A DNA stretch of 25,616 nt from a virus (taxonomy: Duplodnaviria > Caudoviricetes). Below the pieces are notes generated by a model. The model was not told the origin of the DNA and ran no database searches. It worked only from the letters and a program-made list of their open reading frames with translations. Position 1 is the stretch's first letter; each line of letters starts with the position of its first letter. The stretch lies in IMG/VR virus record IMGVR_UViG_3300037043_000431, positions 1-25,616 of that record; one strand, given 5' to 3'. A program made the position numbers and the translations under genes. Shown one piece after another: positions 16,561 through 24,923 of this stretch.

Positions 16561-17053
16561 CTTCCCACCCCCGTATTTTGTCCAGCGCAGGCTTAATCTG
16601 GATTTTATCCTCCGTTTTTAGCGATGCGCCTACTTTTGCCAGCGTCCCTGCTTCCAGGCCTGCCATGGCGTCTTTGTCCGGCTCTTTGATAATGCGAAGG
16701 TAGGAATCAAGCCCCAGGGCTTCCAAGGCGGCCACGGTTGCCGCCTTGCTGCGGATTGCCACCCTGTGGACGATCCGGTATGCAATTGTGCCGAAGGTCA
16801 GCTCTTTGGAACGAGTCTTCATAAACTCATTCTTGTGTGCATCTGCAAAGACGGTGATCTGCCCCTCAATGTTTTTGCGCTCAACCCGCAATCCTTCTGC
16901 TTTTGCGTCGTAGTCTTCTCTGATCTCGTTGAGCTTGAGGGTCAGATCGCCTTCCAACCGGGTGAGCTTGATGTCGATCTCGCCCATGCGGCGGATGCCC
17001 TGATCCAGGTCGTTCCATTCGTTGTAAATGCTTGTGGTAATACGCTTTGCCAT
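16550..17053 (-). CDS. gam: host-nuclease inhibitor Gam
   Basis: Coiled N-half, RSKELTFGTIAYR, YLRIIKEPDKDAM, LAKVG. Confidence 0.9.
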   Translation of the reverse strand: MAKRITTSIYNEWNDLDQGIRRMGEIDIKLTRLEGDLTLKLNEIREDYDAKAEGLRVERKNIEGQITVFADAHKNEFMKTRSKELTFGTIAYRIVHRVAIRSKAATVAALEALGLDSYLRIIKEPDKDAMAGLEAGTLAKVGASLKTEDKIQIKPALDKIRGWEDAA

Positions 17054-17281
17054 TTAGTCCTCCTTTGTTTGAAGCCGTATATCGTCGTTCGTATTTCGTA
17101 TATCGTGGTCCTCTTTGTCGAAATGCGATATGCTATCCCCTATGTGCGGCCTTTTAACGCGCAAATTCTTTTTGACTGTCTCGACCAGGCACCCGTAGCA
17201 CAGATAGATATCAAAGTTGCCTGCCTTGCCGAGTAAGGCGAGCGTGGCGGGTCGGTCGCAGGAGCGACATTGTTCACTCAT
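17054..17281 (-). CDS. small Zn-binding hypothetical protein
   Basis: CRSC...CYGC; GGAGG RBS. Confidence 0.6.
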   Translation of the reverse strand: MSEQCRSCDRPATLALLGKAGNFDIYLCYGCLVETVKKNLRVKRPHIGDSISHFDKEDHDIRNTNDDIRLQTKED

Positions 17282-17564
17282 AATGACCTCCGGTGCTGTT
17301 TAAACGGTCTTTCTCCGTGGCCCATTCTGCAAGGGCGCGGTCGCAGAGGATCATTCTCCACTGGCGTTTATCGGCCTTGAGCTCGCGGAGTTCAACCTCG
17401 GCAATCATGCCGTAGAAAAGCCCGGCAACGATGACAGCGACCAACAAAAAGATAGCTGCAAGGTGTAAGCAGTAAGCTGTAAACTGCCTGGTGCTTTGTG
17501 CTTTGTTCTTTGTGCTTCGTTGTGAACCAGGAACGAGGAACGAGGAACCACAAACTTGTTTCAT
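17274..17564 (-). CDS. membrane protein with repeat-encoded N-terminus
   Basis: ATG 17564 behind GGAGG; heptamer array, then a TM helix. Confidence 0.6.
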   Translation of the reverse strand: MKQVCGSSFLVPGSQRSTKNKAQSTRQFTAYCLHLAAIFLLVAVIVAGLFYGMIAEVELRELKADKRQWRMILCDRALAEWATEKDRLNSTGGHYE

Positions 17565-17764
17565 GTTTTCCTCCCATACCTGCATCCGTCGCATTTCTTC
17601 GGGAACCGGAAACTCTGGACGGTGCAGATGCTCTGGTCTACCCTTTTATCAAGGGCCTTGCATTCGATGTCGCCGTTGGCATACGCTCCTTCCTGCCTGG
17701 CCGGCAGACAGGCGGCGCGGTTTGAACGGTTAAAACTGTTGGAACTGTTGGAACGGTTCTTCAT
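17561..17764 (-). CDS. small Cys-rich protein with repeat-encoded N-terminus
   Basis: ATGA overlaps at both ends; C..C..CDGC. Confidence 0.55.
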   Translation of the reverse strand: MKNRSNSSNSFNRSNRAACLPARQEGAYANGDIECKALDKRVDQSICTVQSFRFPKKCDGCRYGRKT

Positions 17765-19026
17765 ATCGCCATCACCACCGCTTCCGTGACGCGCGCCTCG
17801 CCCATCTCGTAGGCGAGGTTCATGGCGCGGGCAGCGTAGTTGTTGACCACAAGCGGATAGGCGTGGCTGATCTTTTTATTCTGCCTGTCCAGCGAGGTGA
17901 GCCGTATGCCTAAAGCGCTGATAGCGGGCGCTTCAAAAATATCGTCCACCTTTGCGCCCACACGCTTGAATTTAAGCTCCAGATAGTTTGCTATGTGGCC
18001 GTTTAACCCCCTGATCTCCGCCACCTGGATACGGCGGATGACCTCGCGCATTTCTACGTGGGTGGTCTCGTTAAAGAGGCTTTTCAGCTCTACCTGGCCC
18101 ACGAGGATAATGCCGAGCAACTTGCGGTAGCCGTCTTCCAGCTCGTAGAAGCGTTTCAGGTATTTAAGGGTTGACGTGTGGAGATCGTGGGCCTCTTCTA
18201 CGATGAGGACGGCGCGGAAGCCCTGCTTGCTGCGCTCTAAGAGGAGGGAATGCACTTGGCGGGTCTTCTGCTCAAGCTTCATGCGGGGCTTCTGGTCTGA
18301 GACATCCATAATGATGGCGTCGCAGACAGAGGCGGCGTTCAGTCTCGTCTTGTCGATGATCTGAGGATAGATAACGAGGGTGTCTCCGTCTTTTCTCAAC
18401 TGCTCCACCACTTTGCGGCGCATAACGGACTTGCCGCTTCCCACCTCTCCGATGACGGCAAGGAATCCGCCGTGGCGGGCGGCATCCAGCATGGCTGCCT
18501 CGATGTAGCGGTGCTCTTCAGACATGTAGATGTCGCCGTCTTTCTGGATATCGTCGATAAAAGGACTACGAAAGATTTTAAAGTGTTTCAATGTTTCCTG
18601 GTTTATCATTTCCACCTCCCATGAAATAGTAAGTTGTTCCGGGTCGCCGGGGCCTGTCCTCGCTTGACGGGGGATTGCCGCGCGACCGATGCGCTTCTGG
18701 CCTTCGGCTATTTTGACCCCGTGACCTGCCGGATGATGCCAGCGCAGATCGTGGCCCAGGGGGTCCCAGATTGAGGCTACGGTGAGGCCGCGCTCTATGA
18801 GCCAGGCCAGGGCCTTGGGGTTTTGACGGATAAGGGACTCAACCTTGCTTTGAAAGTCAGGATGCTCCACGGGCAGGTACCCGCGGTTGACGGTGAGATT
18901 GATGGTGGTGCGGGCAAGGTTGGTCGCGGCGGCGATGGTGACCTGGTTGATGCCGCACTCTATTAATAGTTGTTTCAGAATAATGGGTGCTACTGTCATC
19001 TGATATGCCCTGATGTTCGGGTTCAT
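17761..19026 (-). CDS. MuB-like / ExeA-family AAA ATPase with N-terminal HTH
   Basis: GEVGSGKS, LIVEEAH, IILVGQ.EL, REVIRR; directly after the transposase. Confidence 0.9.
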   Translation of the reverse strand: MNPNIRAYQMTVAPIILKQLLIECGINQVTIAAATNLARTTINLTVNRGYLPVEHPDFQSKVESLIRQNPKALAWLIERGLTVASIWDPLGHDLRWHHPAGHGVKIAEGQKRIGRAAIPRQARTGPGDPEQLTISWEVEMINQETLKHFKIFRSPFIDDIQKDGDIYMSEEHRYIEAAMLDAARHGGFLAVIGEVGSGKSVMRRKVVEQLRKDGDTLVIYPQIIDKTRLNAASVCDAIIMDVSDQKPRMKLEQKTRQVHSLLLERSKQGFRAVLIVEEAHDLHTSTLKYLKRFYELEDGYRKLLGIILVGQVELKSLFNETTHVEMREVIRRIQVAEIRGLNGHIANYLELKFKRVGAKVDDIFEAPAISALGIRLTSLDRQNKKISHAYPLVVNNYAARAMNLAYEMGEARVTEAVVMAI

Positions 19027-19040
19027 TCAATCACCTCCTT

Positions 19041-20894
19041 TTAATCGCCTGCGGCGACGTTTAAGCCGTTTGAGCCGTTTAATGTCCCGTATGCGACGGG
19101 ACGGTTTAAACTGTTAGAACCGTTGAAACCGAGCGAAGCGATGAAACTGTTTGTAAGGTCCCGGGCGTCATCTACGGGGACGCCGTCCGGGTACTGATCT
19201 TTGAGGATGCGGTTGAGATCCGGCGGGATGGGGCCGATCTCGTCCTTCAACTGGCGCATAAAATCGATGAGGGGCATCATGCGGGACAGCCCCGCGCGGG
19301 AGACCTCGTGTGCGCTGTGGAGCACAGGTTTATTCGGGATGGGCTCCGGGGGCGCGACCTCAAGGGGCGTGCCTTTTCTGTCCATCAGTTCCAAATTGCC
19401 GAGCTTTTCTGTCTGCCGGCCGAAGACGGTGAGTGGTGAGATGTGGCCCACGGGCGGGGCTACGGCTATGCGGTGATCGCCGGTGCCTTTCCAGGACAAG
19501 CCCCAGCCTTCGGCAATCTTCTCGATCTCGGTTTTTGCCTTCTGCGTTTCGGTCTGGGCAGGGGAGCGATACTGCCCGTAAGGGACACCGCTGGTGAGCC
19601 TGCCGAACTGATCCAGGGGAATAGGCGAGAGCAGCCAGATGTGGTCATTGAAGTGGGCGTCCACCCGGGGGAATTCATAGGCGTTTCTGGTGACAATAAT
19701 CCACCGGTGGGCCGCGTTTGTGTCGGGTATCTTGTAGAAACGGCCGTCTACGCGAATGATGCAGCCGCCGTTTGCCTTGGCCTTGAGGGTCGGTTCGCGC
19801 CTGAGGGTCCAGTAGAGCGCCTCATCAGGGCAGAGGCGGAGCTGGGCTTTTGTGATAAGTCCCCAGAGGGCCGATCGGGGGGCGATGCCGCGCATATCTT
19901 TCACGGCGCAGTAGGTGATGCACCAGTCCATGGCCTTGCGATTAATGTCCGCCAGGTCGCGGGGACGTTCGAACTTGAGGCGTCCCTCGAAGCGGTTAAT
20001 GTTCTTCATAAGCCACTCGATGCCGCCCTTTGCCCTGGGATTGCCGGGGAGGTGGGTGCGAAGGTCTATCTTGAGGGAGGCAAAGAGGTTCTGGTTTGCC
20101 TTTGAGGTCATGATGGAGCCACGGTCTGCCACAAGGAGATAGGGCACTCCGTGGAAGCGGTATTTGCCGCTGCGGCTTTCGGAATCGCCGTTCCAGAGGG
20201 ATTTGATTATCTCATCTTTGGGTCGCATGGCCTCGAAAAGGAATTGGGCGCCGTCGGATGCGCGCTCGCCTGAGGCGTAGAAATAGCGAAAATAAAAGGC
20301 CCCGGTGCAGTGGTCTACCACGGCGTAGCGGAGGAGTTCTTTTCTGATGGATTTGGCAGTCTTGACGATCTTGTTCTGGTAGAGCTCCATGTCGGGATCC
20401 CGCTCGCCCATACCCTTTTTGTCATCCAGAAAATACTGGATGCAGTTCGTCACATCAAACTGCCAGACGTGGTTGGGGTGCTCGGAGAGCATGGTTACAT
20501 GGGGAGAGGGGGCAAGGAGGTCGCGGGTCGAGAGCTGTTCCTGCCTCATGCGGGCGCGGAACCAGGAGGGGGAGACATCGATCTCGCGGCCCGAATCGGA
20601 GAGGATCTCGACCGCGTCGCAAGCGGGAATAGTTGCCTGGTTTGAGCGGCGGCGCGATGCGTGGACAATGGCTGCCGCCTCTGTGACGGTTTCGCGGTTG
20701 ATGCGGGACGTGCCCTTTGTGGCTGGGGATTTTCGCCACCGGAGGCCCTTTGTGTGCGCCCACCGATAGATGGTCTGGGGGGTCACGCCGAGGCTGCGGG
20801 ACAGGGAAGCGACGAGGGGGGCTACATCGCTTCCCGTTGCGTCCCGCAGGGTGGCTTCAACATGGATCAATATTTCTTCTGATGGTCCTCGCAT
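19041..20894 (-). CDS. DDE transposase (MuA-equivalent, integrase core)
   Basis: HPNHVWQFD, AVVDHCTG, GVP..LVADRGS, HLPGNPRAKGGIE; N-terminal HTH; start set at ATG 20894. Confidence 0.9.
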   Translation of the reverse strand: MRGPSEEILIHVEATLRDATGSDVAPLVASLSRSLGVTPQTIYRWAHTKGLRWRKSPATKGTSRINRETVTEAAAIVHASRRRSNQATIPACDAVEILSDSGREIDVSPSWFRARMRQEQLSTRDLLAPSPHVTMLSEHPNHVWQFDVTNCIQYFLDDKKGMGERDPDMELYQNKIVKTAKSIRKELLRYAVVDHCTGAFYFRYFYASGERASDGAQFLFEAMRPKDEIIKSLWNGDSESRSGKYRFHGVPYLLVADRGSIMTSKANQNLFASLKIDLRTHLPGNPRAKGGIEWLMKNINRFEGRLKFERPRDLADINRKAMDWCITYCAVKDMRGIAPRSALWGLITKAQLRLCPDEALYWTLRREPTLKAKANGGCIIRVDGRFYKIPDTNAAHRWIIVTRNAYEFPRVDAHFNDHIWLLSPIPLDQFGRLTSGVPYGQYRSPAQTETQKAKTEIEKIAEGWGLSWKGTGDHRIAVAPPVGHISPLTVFGRQTEKLGNLELMDRKGTPLEVAPPEPIPNKPVLHSAHEVSRAGLSRMMPLIDFMRQLKDEIGPIPPDLNRILKDQYPDGVPVDDARDLTNSFIASLGFNGSNSLNRPVAYGTLNGSNGLNVAAGD

Positions 20895-20919
20895 GGTATT
20901 CCCCCCCCGTTGTGGACCG

Positions 20920-21993
20920 TTATTCTTTGATCTCGATATAACAGGGATCTTCAGCGCCTTGCCCTGAACTTGATTCAGGGTCCCGGTCGGCCTTGCGGCG
21001 ATCCATATAGGCGGTGAAGGCCTTCCCAAGATCGCGGGTAAGGGGCATATTGGAAACCATGATCTCCGGAGGCGGGATCTCTCCCTCGGATATCTCGCAT
21101 TCGGATGCGAAGGCGTCGGGATAGTATTGCTGGAGGGCAAGGCGCTCGTCGAGGGCGACCATGGACATGTGGATGAGCGTGAAATAGAGGGCGCGTTTGG
21201 CCGAATCAGGGGCTGTGGCATAGGGCATTTCTTTGCGGATGTCCGAAATAAGGAAGAGAAAGTTTTTCTGTGTCTGGGCGAGAAGGTCGATGAGGCGCTG
21301 CTCTTCTTCAGGGAGGCCGGTGGAGGCGATTACTCCGGAGAGCTTTTCTTCTGCGGCATCGAGGGCCTTCTGGGATTGCACGAGTTTGGCGTGGAGGTCT
21401 TTTTGGACACGGTCGGAGGCCTTGAGGGTGGCGGCATGGTCGGCGGACTGCTTCTCCAGCCGTTCCTTGAGGGCCTCAGCGGCGGCGTTGATATCGTCGA
21501 TATTGTCGGGGGTGAAAGGAAATTTCTCATCGCCGACGATTACTTCCTGGGCATCTGAGGACATGGCAATTTCGGAAAATTGTCCGATTGACTTTCCTAA
21601 GTATCTGATTTTACTCAACCCGACTTGCGCAAAATGAGACACCGTGTCCGAAAATGCCTCAAAGACAGGGCGGAGATCCTGGATAATTCTGTCCGCTGTT
21701 CGGACGTCATACCCTGCATGCTCACAGAAGGATGCCCAGGTGAGTCCGGCCTTCTTATATTCCTTTGATTTTTTCGCGTTATAGAGTGCGACGGCGTCCA
21801 TGAGTTCATCGAACTGCCGGTTAGCCTGTCCCCGCTTTATAAATCCTATCCATTCCCGTTCGATGCCGGTGGCCTCAATTTCTTCCTTGAGTTGGATAAT
21901 CTCTTTGTCTGCGTGAGCGCGGGCCGATTTGTAGATCTCTGATCCCACCCGTGCCTGCTCGTCAAGTCTGTCTATTGCGTCGTTTTTTGCCAT
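20920..21993 (-). CDS. coiled-coil early protein of unknown function
   Basis: 357 aa, GGAGG RBS, TWASFCEHAGYDVRTADRII HTH-like segment; sits before the transposase. Confidence 0.75.
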   Translation of the reverse strand: MAKNDAIDRLDEQARVGSEIYKSARAHADKEIIQLKEEIEATGIEREWIGFIKRGQANRQFDELMDAVALYNAKKSKEYKKAGLTWASFCEHAGYDVRTADRIIQDLRPVFEAFSDTVSHFAQVGLSKIRYLGKSIGQFSEIAMSSDAQEVIVGDEKFPFTPDNIDDINAAAEALKERLEKQSADHAATLKASDRVQKDLHAKLVQSQKALDAAEEKLSGVIASTGLPEEEQRLIDLLAQTQKNFLFLISDIRKEMPYATAPDSAKRALYFTLIHMSMVALDERLALQQYYPDAFASECEISEGEIPPPEIMVSNMPLTRDLGKAFTAYMDRRKADRDPESSSGQGAEDPCYIEIKE

Positions 21994-22005
21994 GTCATCC
22001 TCCCT

Positions 22006-22356
22006 TTATTGTTCCCCGAACGCGGCGAGGATCTTGTCGATCCTGTCCCGTTCTGATTCAAGTTTTGCCTTTGATTTTGCCCAGAAAAGCATCATCTGCA
22101 TGCCGATCTGATATTTGCCGCCGATCTCCTGGAGGAAACCCGGTTCCTTGAGAGTCTCACACATGCGGAAGGCGGTGTTCATAGTGAGGCCCAGGGCCTT
22201 GGCGATCTCGCCGGTGGCCAGGGGCTCTTTTGATTCGGATATTATTTTTAGTATCTGCATAGCGTCGTAGATGTTCTGAATGCGGTAGCGGTTTCCTGCC
22301 GGGGCGTGGCGCGCAGACAGCTCAGCGGGGACCGGGGGCGGGGTGAAGTCGCTCAT
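22006..22356 (-). CDS. IclR-type HTH protein without effector domain
   Basis: AMQILKII...LATGEIAKALGLTMNTAFRMCETL...GFL...YQIG. Confidence 0.8.
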   Translation of the reverse strand: MSDFTPPPVPAELSARHAPAGNRYRIQNIYDAMQILKIISESKEPLATGEIAKALGLTMNTAFRMCETLKEPGFLQEIGGKYQIGMQMMLFWAKSKAKLESERDRIDKILAAFGEQ

Positions 22357-23000
22357 CGGGTGCCTCCTTTCTTGTGCATTTTTATTGGTTTTTTCTCAAA
22401 ACCGAACCATATCTCGCCCTGGCGGCCAGGGTTGAGCATTTTTTCAATGAGCTTGCGGAACATGAGGCGGCATTTTTCCATCTGGAGGGAGGTTTTAAGG
22501 AAGACGCCCTCTATTCTATTGATGAGTTCAAGACAGGGTTTTGATTGATATGACCTTGACAGGGTTTCAATGAAGCGGGTAGTGTCTTTGAGGCATTCGA
22601 CGATCTGGTCCAGAATGTCTTCCGGGCCGAGAGAGTCAAGTTGTTCTATCGCTGCCCTGGGGGTCATAATCATGCCCGCCTGGTACCCTATCCATTGTAT
22701 AAGCTCATAATTGCGTATGTAGCGGGAGATAGCCAGGGCTTTTTCGATGGAAAGGGGGGTTTCGCCCGAACAATACCGGTAGATGCCTTTTGCCGGGGCA
22801 TTGTGGTCATCTCCGTTGCCCAGGCCGACAACCCTTCCTAATTCATTTTTTAATTCAAGCTTTGATGTGGGGCTGGGTCGGGTATCTCGCTCGCGGTCGC
22901 ACCATTCATCTATTACAATGTCGAGCACTTCGTGGGCCGTTTTACAACCATAAAAACGGTTATTCACATCCGCACCTGAAAAAGGCTGTAAAATTGACAT
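22353..23000 (-). CDS. CII-like regulatory / hypothetical protein
   Basis: IYRYCSGETPLSIE...LIQWIGYQAGM pattern and early position. Confidence 0.5.
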   Translation of the reverse strand: MSILQPFSGADVNNRFYGCKTAHEVLDIVIDEWCDRERDTRPSPTSKLELKNELGRVVGLGNGDDHNAPAKGIYRYCSGETPLSIEKALAISRYIRNYELIQWIGYQAGMIMTPRAAIEQLDSLGPEDILDQIVECLKDTTRFIETLSRSYQSKPCLELINRIEGVFLKTSLQMEKCRLMFRKLIEKMLNPGRQGEIWFGFEKKPIKMHKKGGTR

Positions 23001-23069
23001 TGCCTATTGTGGCAAAAAAATTTAGAATCAAGGAATGAATCAAAGTAAGTTTGATTATGGTTGTTTTAC

Positions 23070-23861
23070 TCATGCGACTTTCTCCCTTCGCCACCTTCTC
23101 AGGATGGCATTGACATGACCGTAATGGTATGCCGTATCAGAGAGCGCACATATTTTCTTATTGGTTGCCGCAGGGTTAGCCGTGGCAAACAAGAGAATGC
23201 GGTCTACCTCGGCGGGGCGCTTATGGCTGCCGGAGGTGCTCGGACTTTTTCTTGGGATGCCGCGGGCAGTAATGGCGTTTGTGCCTCTAACATCCTTGAG
23301 GCGCCGGTAGATTCGCTGAATCGATTTTTTTTCCACAGCAGCCAATGCTTTAACCGCATCCATGGTAGCGGCGCCGCAGGGAAGCGAAAGGATCCGCATG
23401 TACTCGGGGCGCACATCCATGCCTTTGTGCCACCTGACAGGTCGGAGCTTGCCCGTGCGGATCGCCTCAAAGGCGAAGATCACCCAGCGCTGAAAGTCAA
23501 TAACCATTTCGCGGGTGGCTGGGTCTTTGATCCTGGACGCCTGGAGACGGGCGGTAATCATGTCGCACATTGCTTGGGCCATAAGAATGGTCTTCTGGAG
23601 GCGACCGAGAGAGTCGGGGAGGACTTCGAGACGGAAAAAACCGTCAAAAAGGTCGGGGTTTCTGTTGATAATTTTTGTTATCTCTCGTTCTTGATATCCT
23701 ACTGCACGGCAGTAATCAGGGAAGGGAGTCGCCCAGGTTTTGAGGATAATTTTATTACTGGATGGGGGGCCGTTACGGCCCCCCATCTCGATCTCAAAAT
23801 CAGCCTCAAAAAACCGTACCGGCTTCCCAAAAAATGTCTGGATGATAGGCAATTGGTTCAT
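23070..23861 (-). CDS. antirepressor-like DNA-binding protein (Bro-N/P22_AR-like)
   Basis: FFGKPVRF, DYCRAVGY, LQASRIKD..TREMVIDFQRW; C-terminal HTH-like segments. Confidence 0.65.
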   Translation of the reverse strand: MNQLPIIQTFFGKPVRFFEADFEIEMGGRNGPPSSNKIILKTWATPFPDYCRAVGYQEREITKIINRNPDLFDGFFRLEVLPDSLGRLQKTILMAQAMCDMITARLQASRIKDPATREMVIDFQRWVIFAFEAIRTGKLRPVRWHKGMDVRPEYMRILSLPCGAATMDAVKALAAVEKKSIQRIYRRLKDVRGTNAITARGIPRKSPSTSGSHKRPAEVDRILLFATANPAATNKKICALSDTAYHYGHVNAILRRWRREKVA

Positions 23862-24079
23862 GCTGCTTTCCTCCTTCTTGGTGTCTGTCTTGGCCAGAGG
23901 TCAGAGACGCGGACACCCAGGGCATCGGCGATAGCTGAGCGAAGTTTTATAGAATTGGATCTGCCTTCAATCACATGGTATATTGCTACCCTTGTAACGC
24001 CCGCCTGCCGGGCTATTTCGGCCCCGGAGATTCCTTTTTTTAGTATCTCGATCTTTATTCGCGTAGCTAACTTAATCAT
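23858..24079 (-). CDS. Ner/Cro-like HTH regulator
   Basis: IKIEILKKGISGAEIARQAGVTRVAIY...IADALGVRVSDLWP; divergent from the repressor. Confidence 0.9.
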   Translation of the reverse strand: MIKLATRIKIEILKKGISGAEIARQAGVTRVAIYHVIEGRSNSIKLRSAIADALGVRVSDLWPRQTPRRRKAA

Positions 24080-24084
24080 GATAA

Positions 24085-24135
24085 TTTATATATTCACTGA
24101 GAGAACATGTCAAGTAAAAAATTGCTGGGAGAATA
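24085..24135 (-). promoter_or_regulatory. early promoter and candidate operators
   Basis: TTGACA (24113-24108), 17 nt, TATAAA (24090-24085); related boxes CTGAGAGAACA and CTGGGAGAATA. Confidence 0.6.
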
Positions 24136-24138
24136 TTT

Positions 24139-24903
24139 ATGTCTGGATTCGCTCTGAGATTTAGGGAGGCGACGGAAAGACTGGGCTTTAAGAAGCAATA
24201 TGAAATAGCGTCGGCCCTTGGAGTGTCTAAGGGTTATCTTAGCGAAATTATACAAGGCAAAAAAATGCCATCCGATATCCTCTTAAATATGATCGAAATT
24301 AAATTAGCTGTGCGTTCGCTATGGTTAATAGATGGTACGGGTGATATGTTTTTAACAAGAGAAGAGTGGGATAAAATTGCGCCTTATCCCGTTATAGGCC
24401 CAATCGATATAAGAAAAGGTGCCCAGATAACCCACATTAAGAAAGAAAGCTATCCCATCGAACAAAAAGTAAAACAATTTGTTTTTGAAGACGATTTTGT
24501 CTTTATTCCCCAAGTGGCGGGCAAGATCAGCGCGGGTGGGGGCTTGGCGCCGGACAATACGATTGAAATTACGGTGGGTTTTCGGAAGGAGTGGATTGCA
24601 CGGAAGGGAGACCCCAGACAGATGAGCCTGATCCGGGTGAGCGGAGACAGCATGGAACCAACGCTCTATTCCGGCGACCTGGTGCTTATTGATCATAACC
24701 GGAAGCATGTCGATCCCCAGGGAGGTATTTATGCCATCACCGTAGGCGAAGACATTATGCTTAAACGGTTGCACTTGTTCTATCCCCTGGAAAAGGTTAA
24801 AATCATCAGCGACAATACGCGATATGAAGTAATTGAGGCGAGCATGGATCAGATTACTATTAATGGAAAGGTAATCTGGTATGCGAGGGAGCTTGAGCGA
24901 TAA
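24139..24903 (+). CDS. CI-like repressor, XRE HTH + S24 peptidase
   Basis: QYEIASALGVSKGYLSEI, SAGGG cleavage region, VSGDSMEP (Ser), LKRL (Lys). Confidence 0.95.
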   Translation: MSGFALRFREATERLGFKKQYEIASALGVSKGYLSEIIQGKKMPSDILLNMIEIKLAVRSLWLIDGTGDMFLTREEWDKIAPYPVIGPIDIRKGAQITHIKKESYPIEQKVKQFVFEDDFVFIPQVAGKISAGGGLAPDNTIEITVGFRKEWIARKGDPRQMSLIRVSGDSMEPTLYSGDLVLIDHNRKHVDPQGGIYAITVGEDIMLKRLHLFYPLEKVKIISDNTRYEVIEASMDQITINGKVIWYARELER

Positions 24904-24923
24904 CCATTATATAAGGGGGGTTT

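Noticed and set aside
20895-21221. N-terminal extension of the transposase or frameshift fusion to the upstream gene
   Set aside because: Overlaps a better gene in another frame, low-complexity translation, no slippery site identified
23061-24164. 367-aa + strand ORF and the other + strand ORFs left of 24139
   Set aside because: Antisense shadows of well-supported - strand genes, without recognisable motifs
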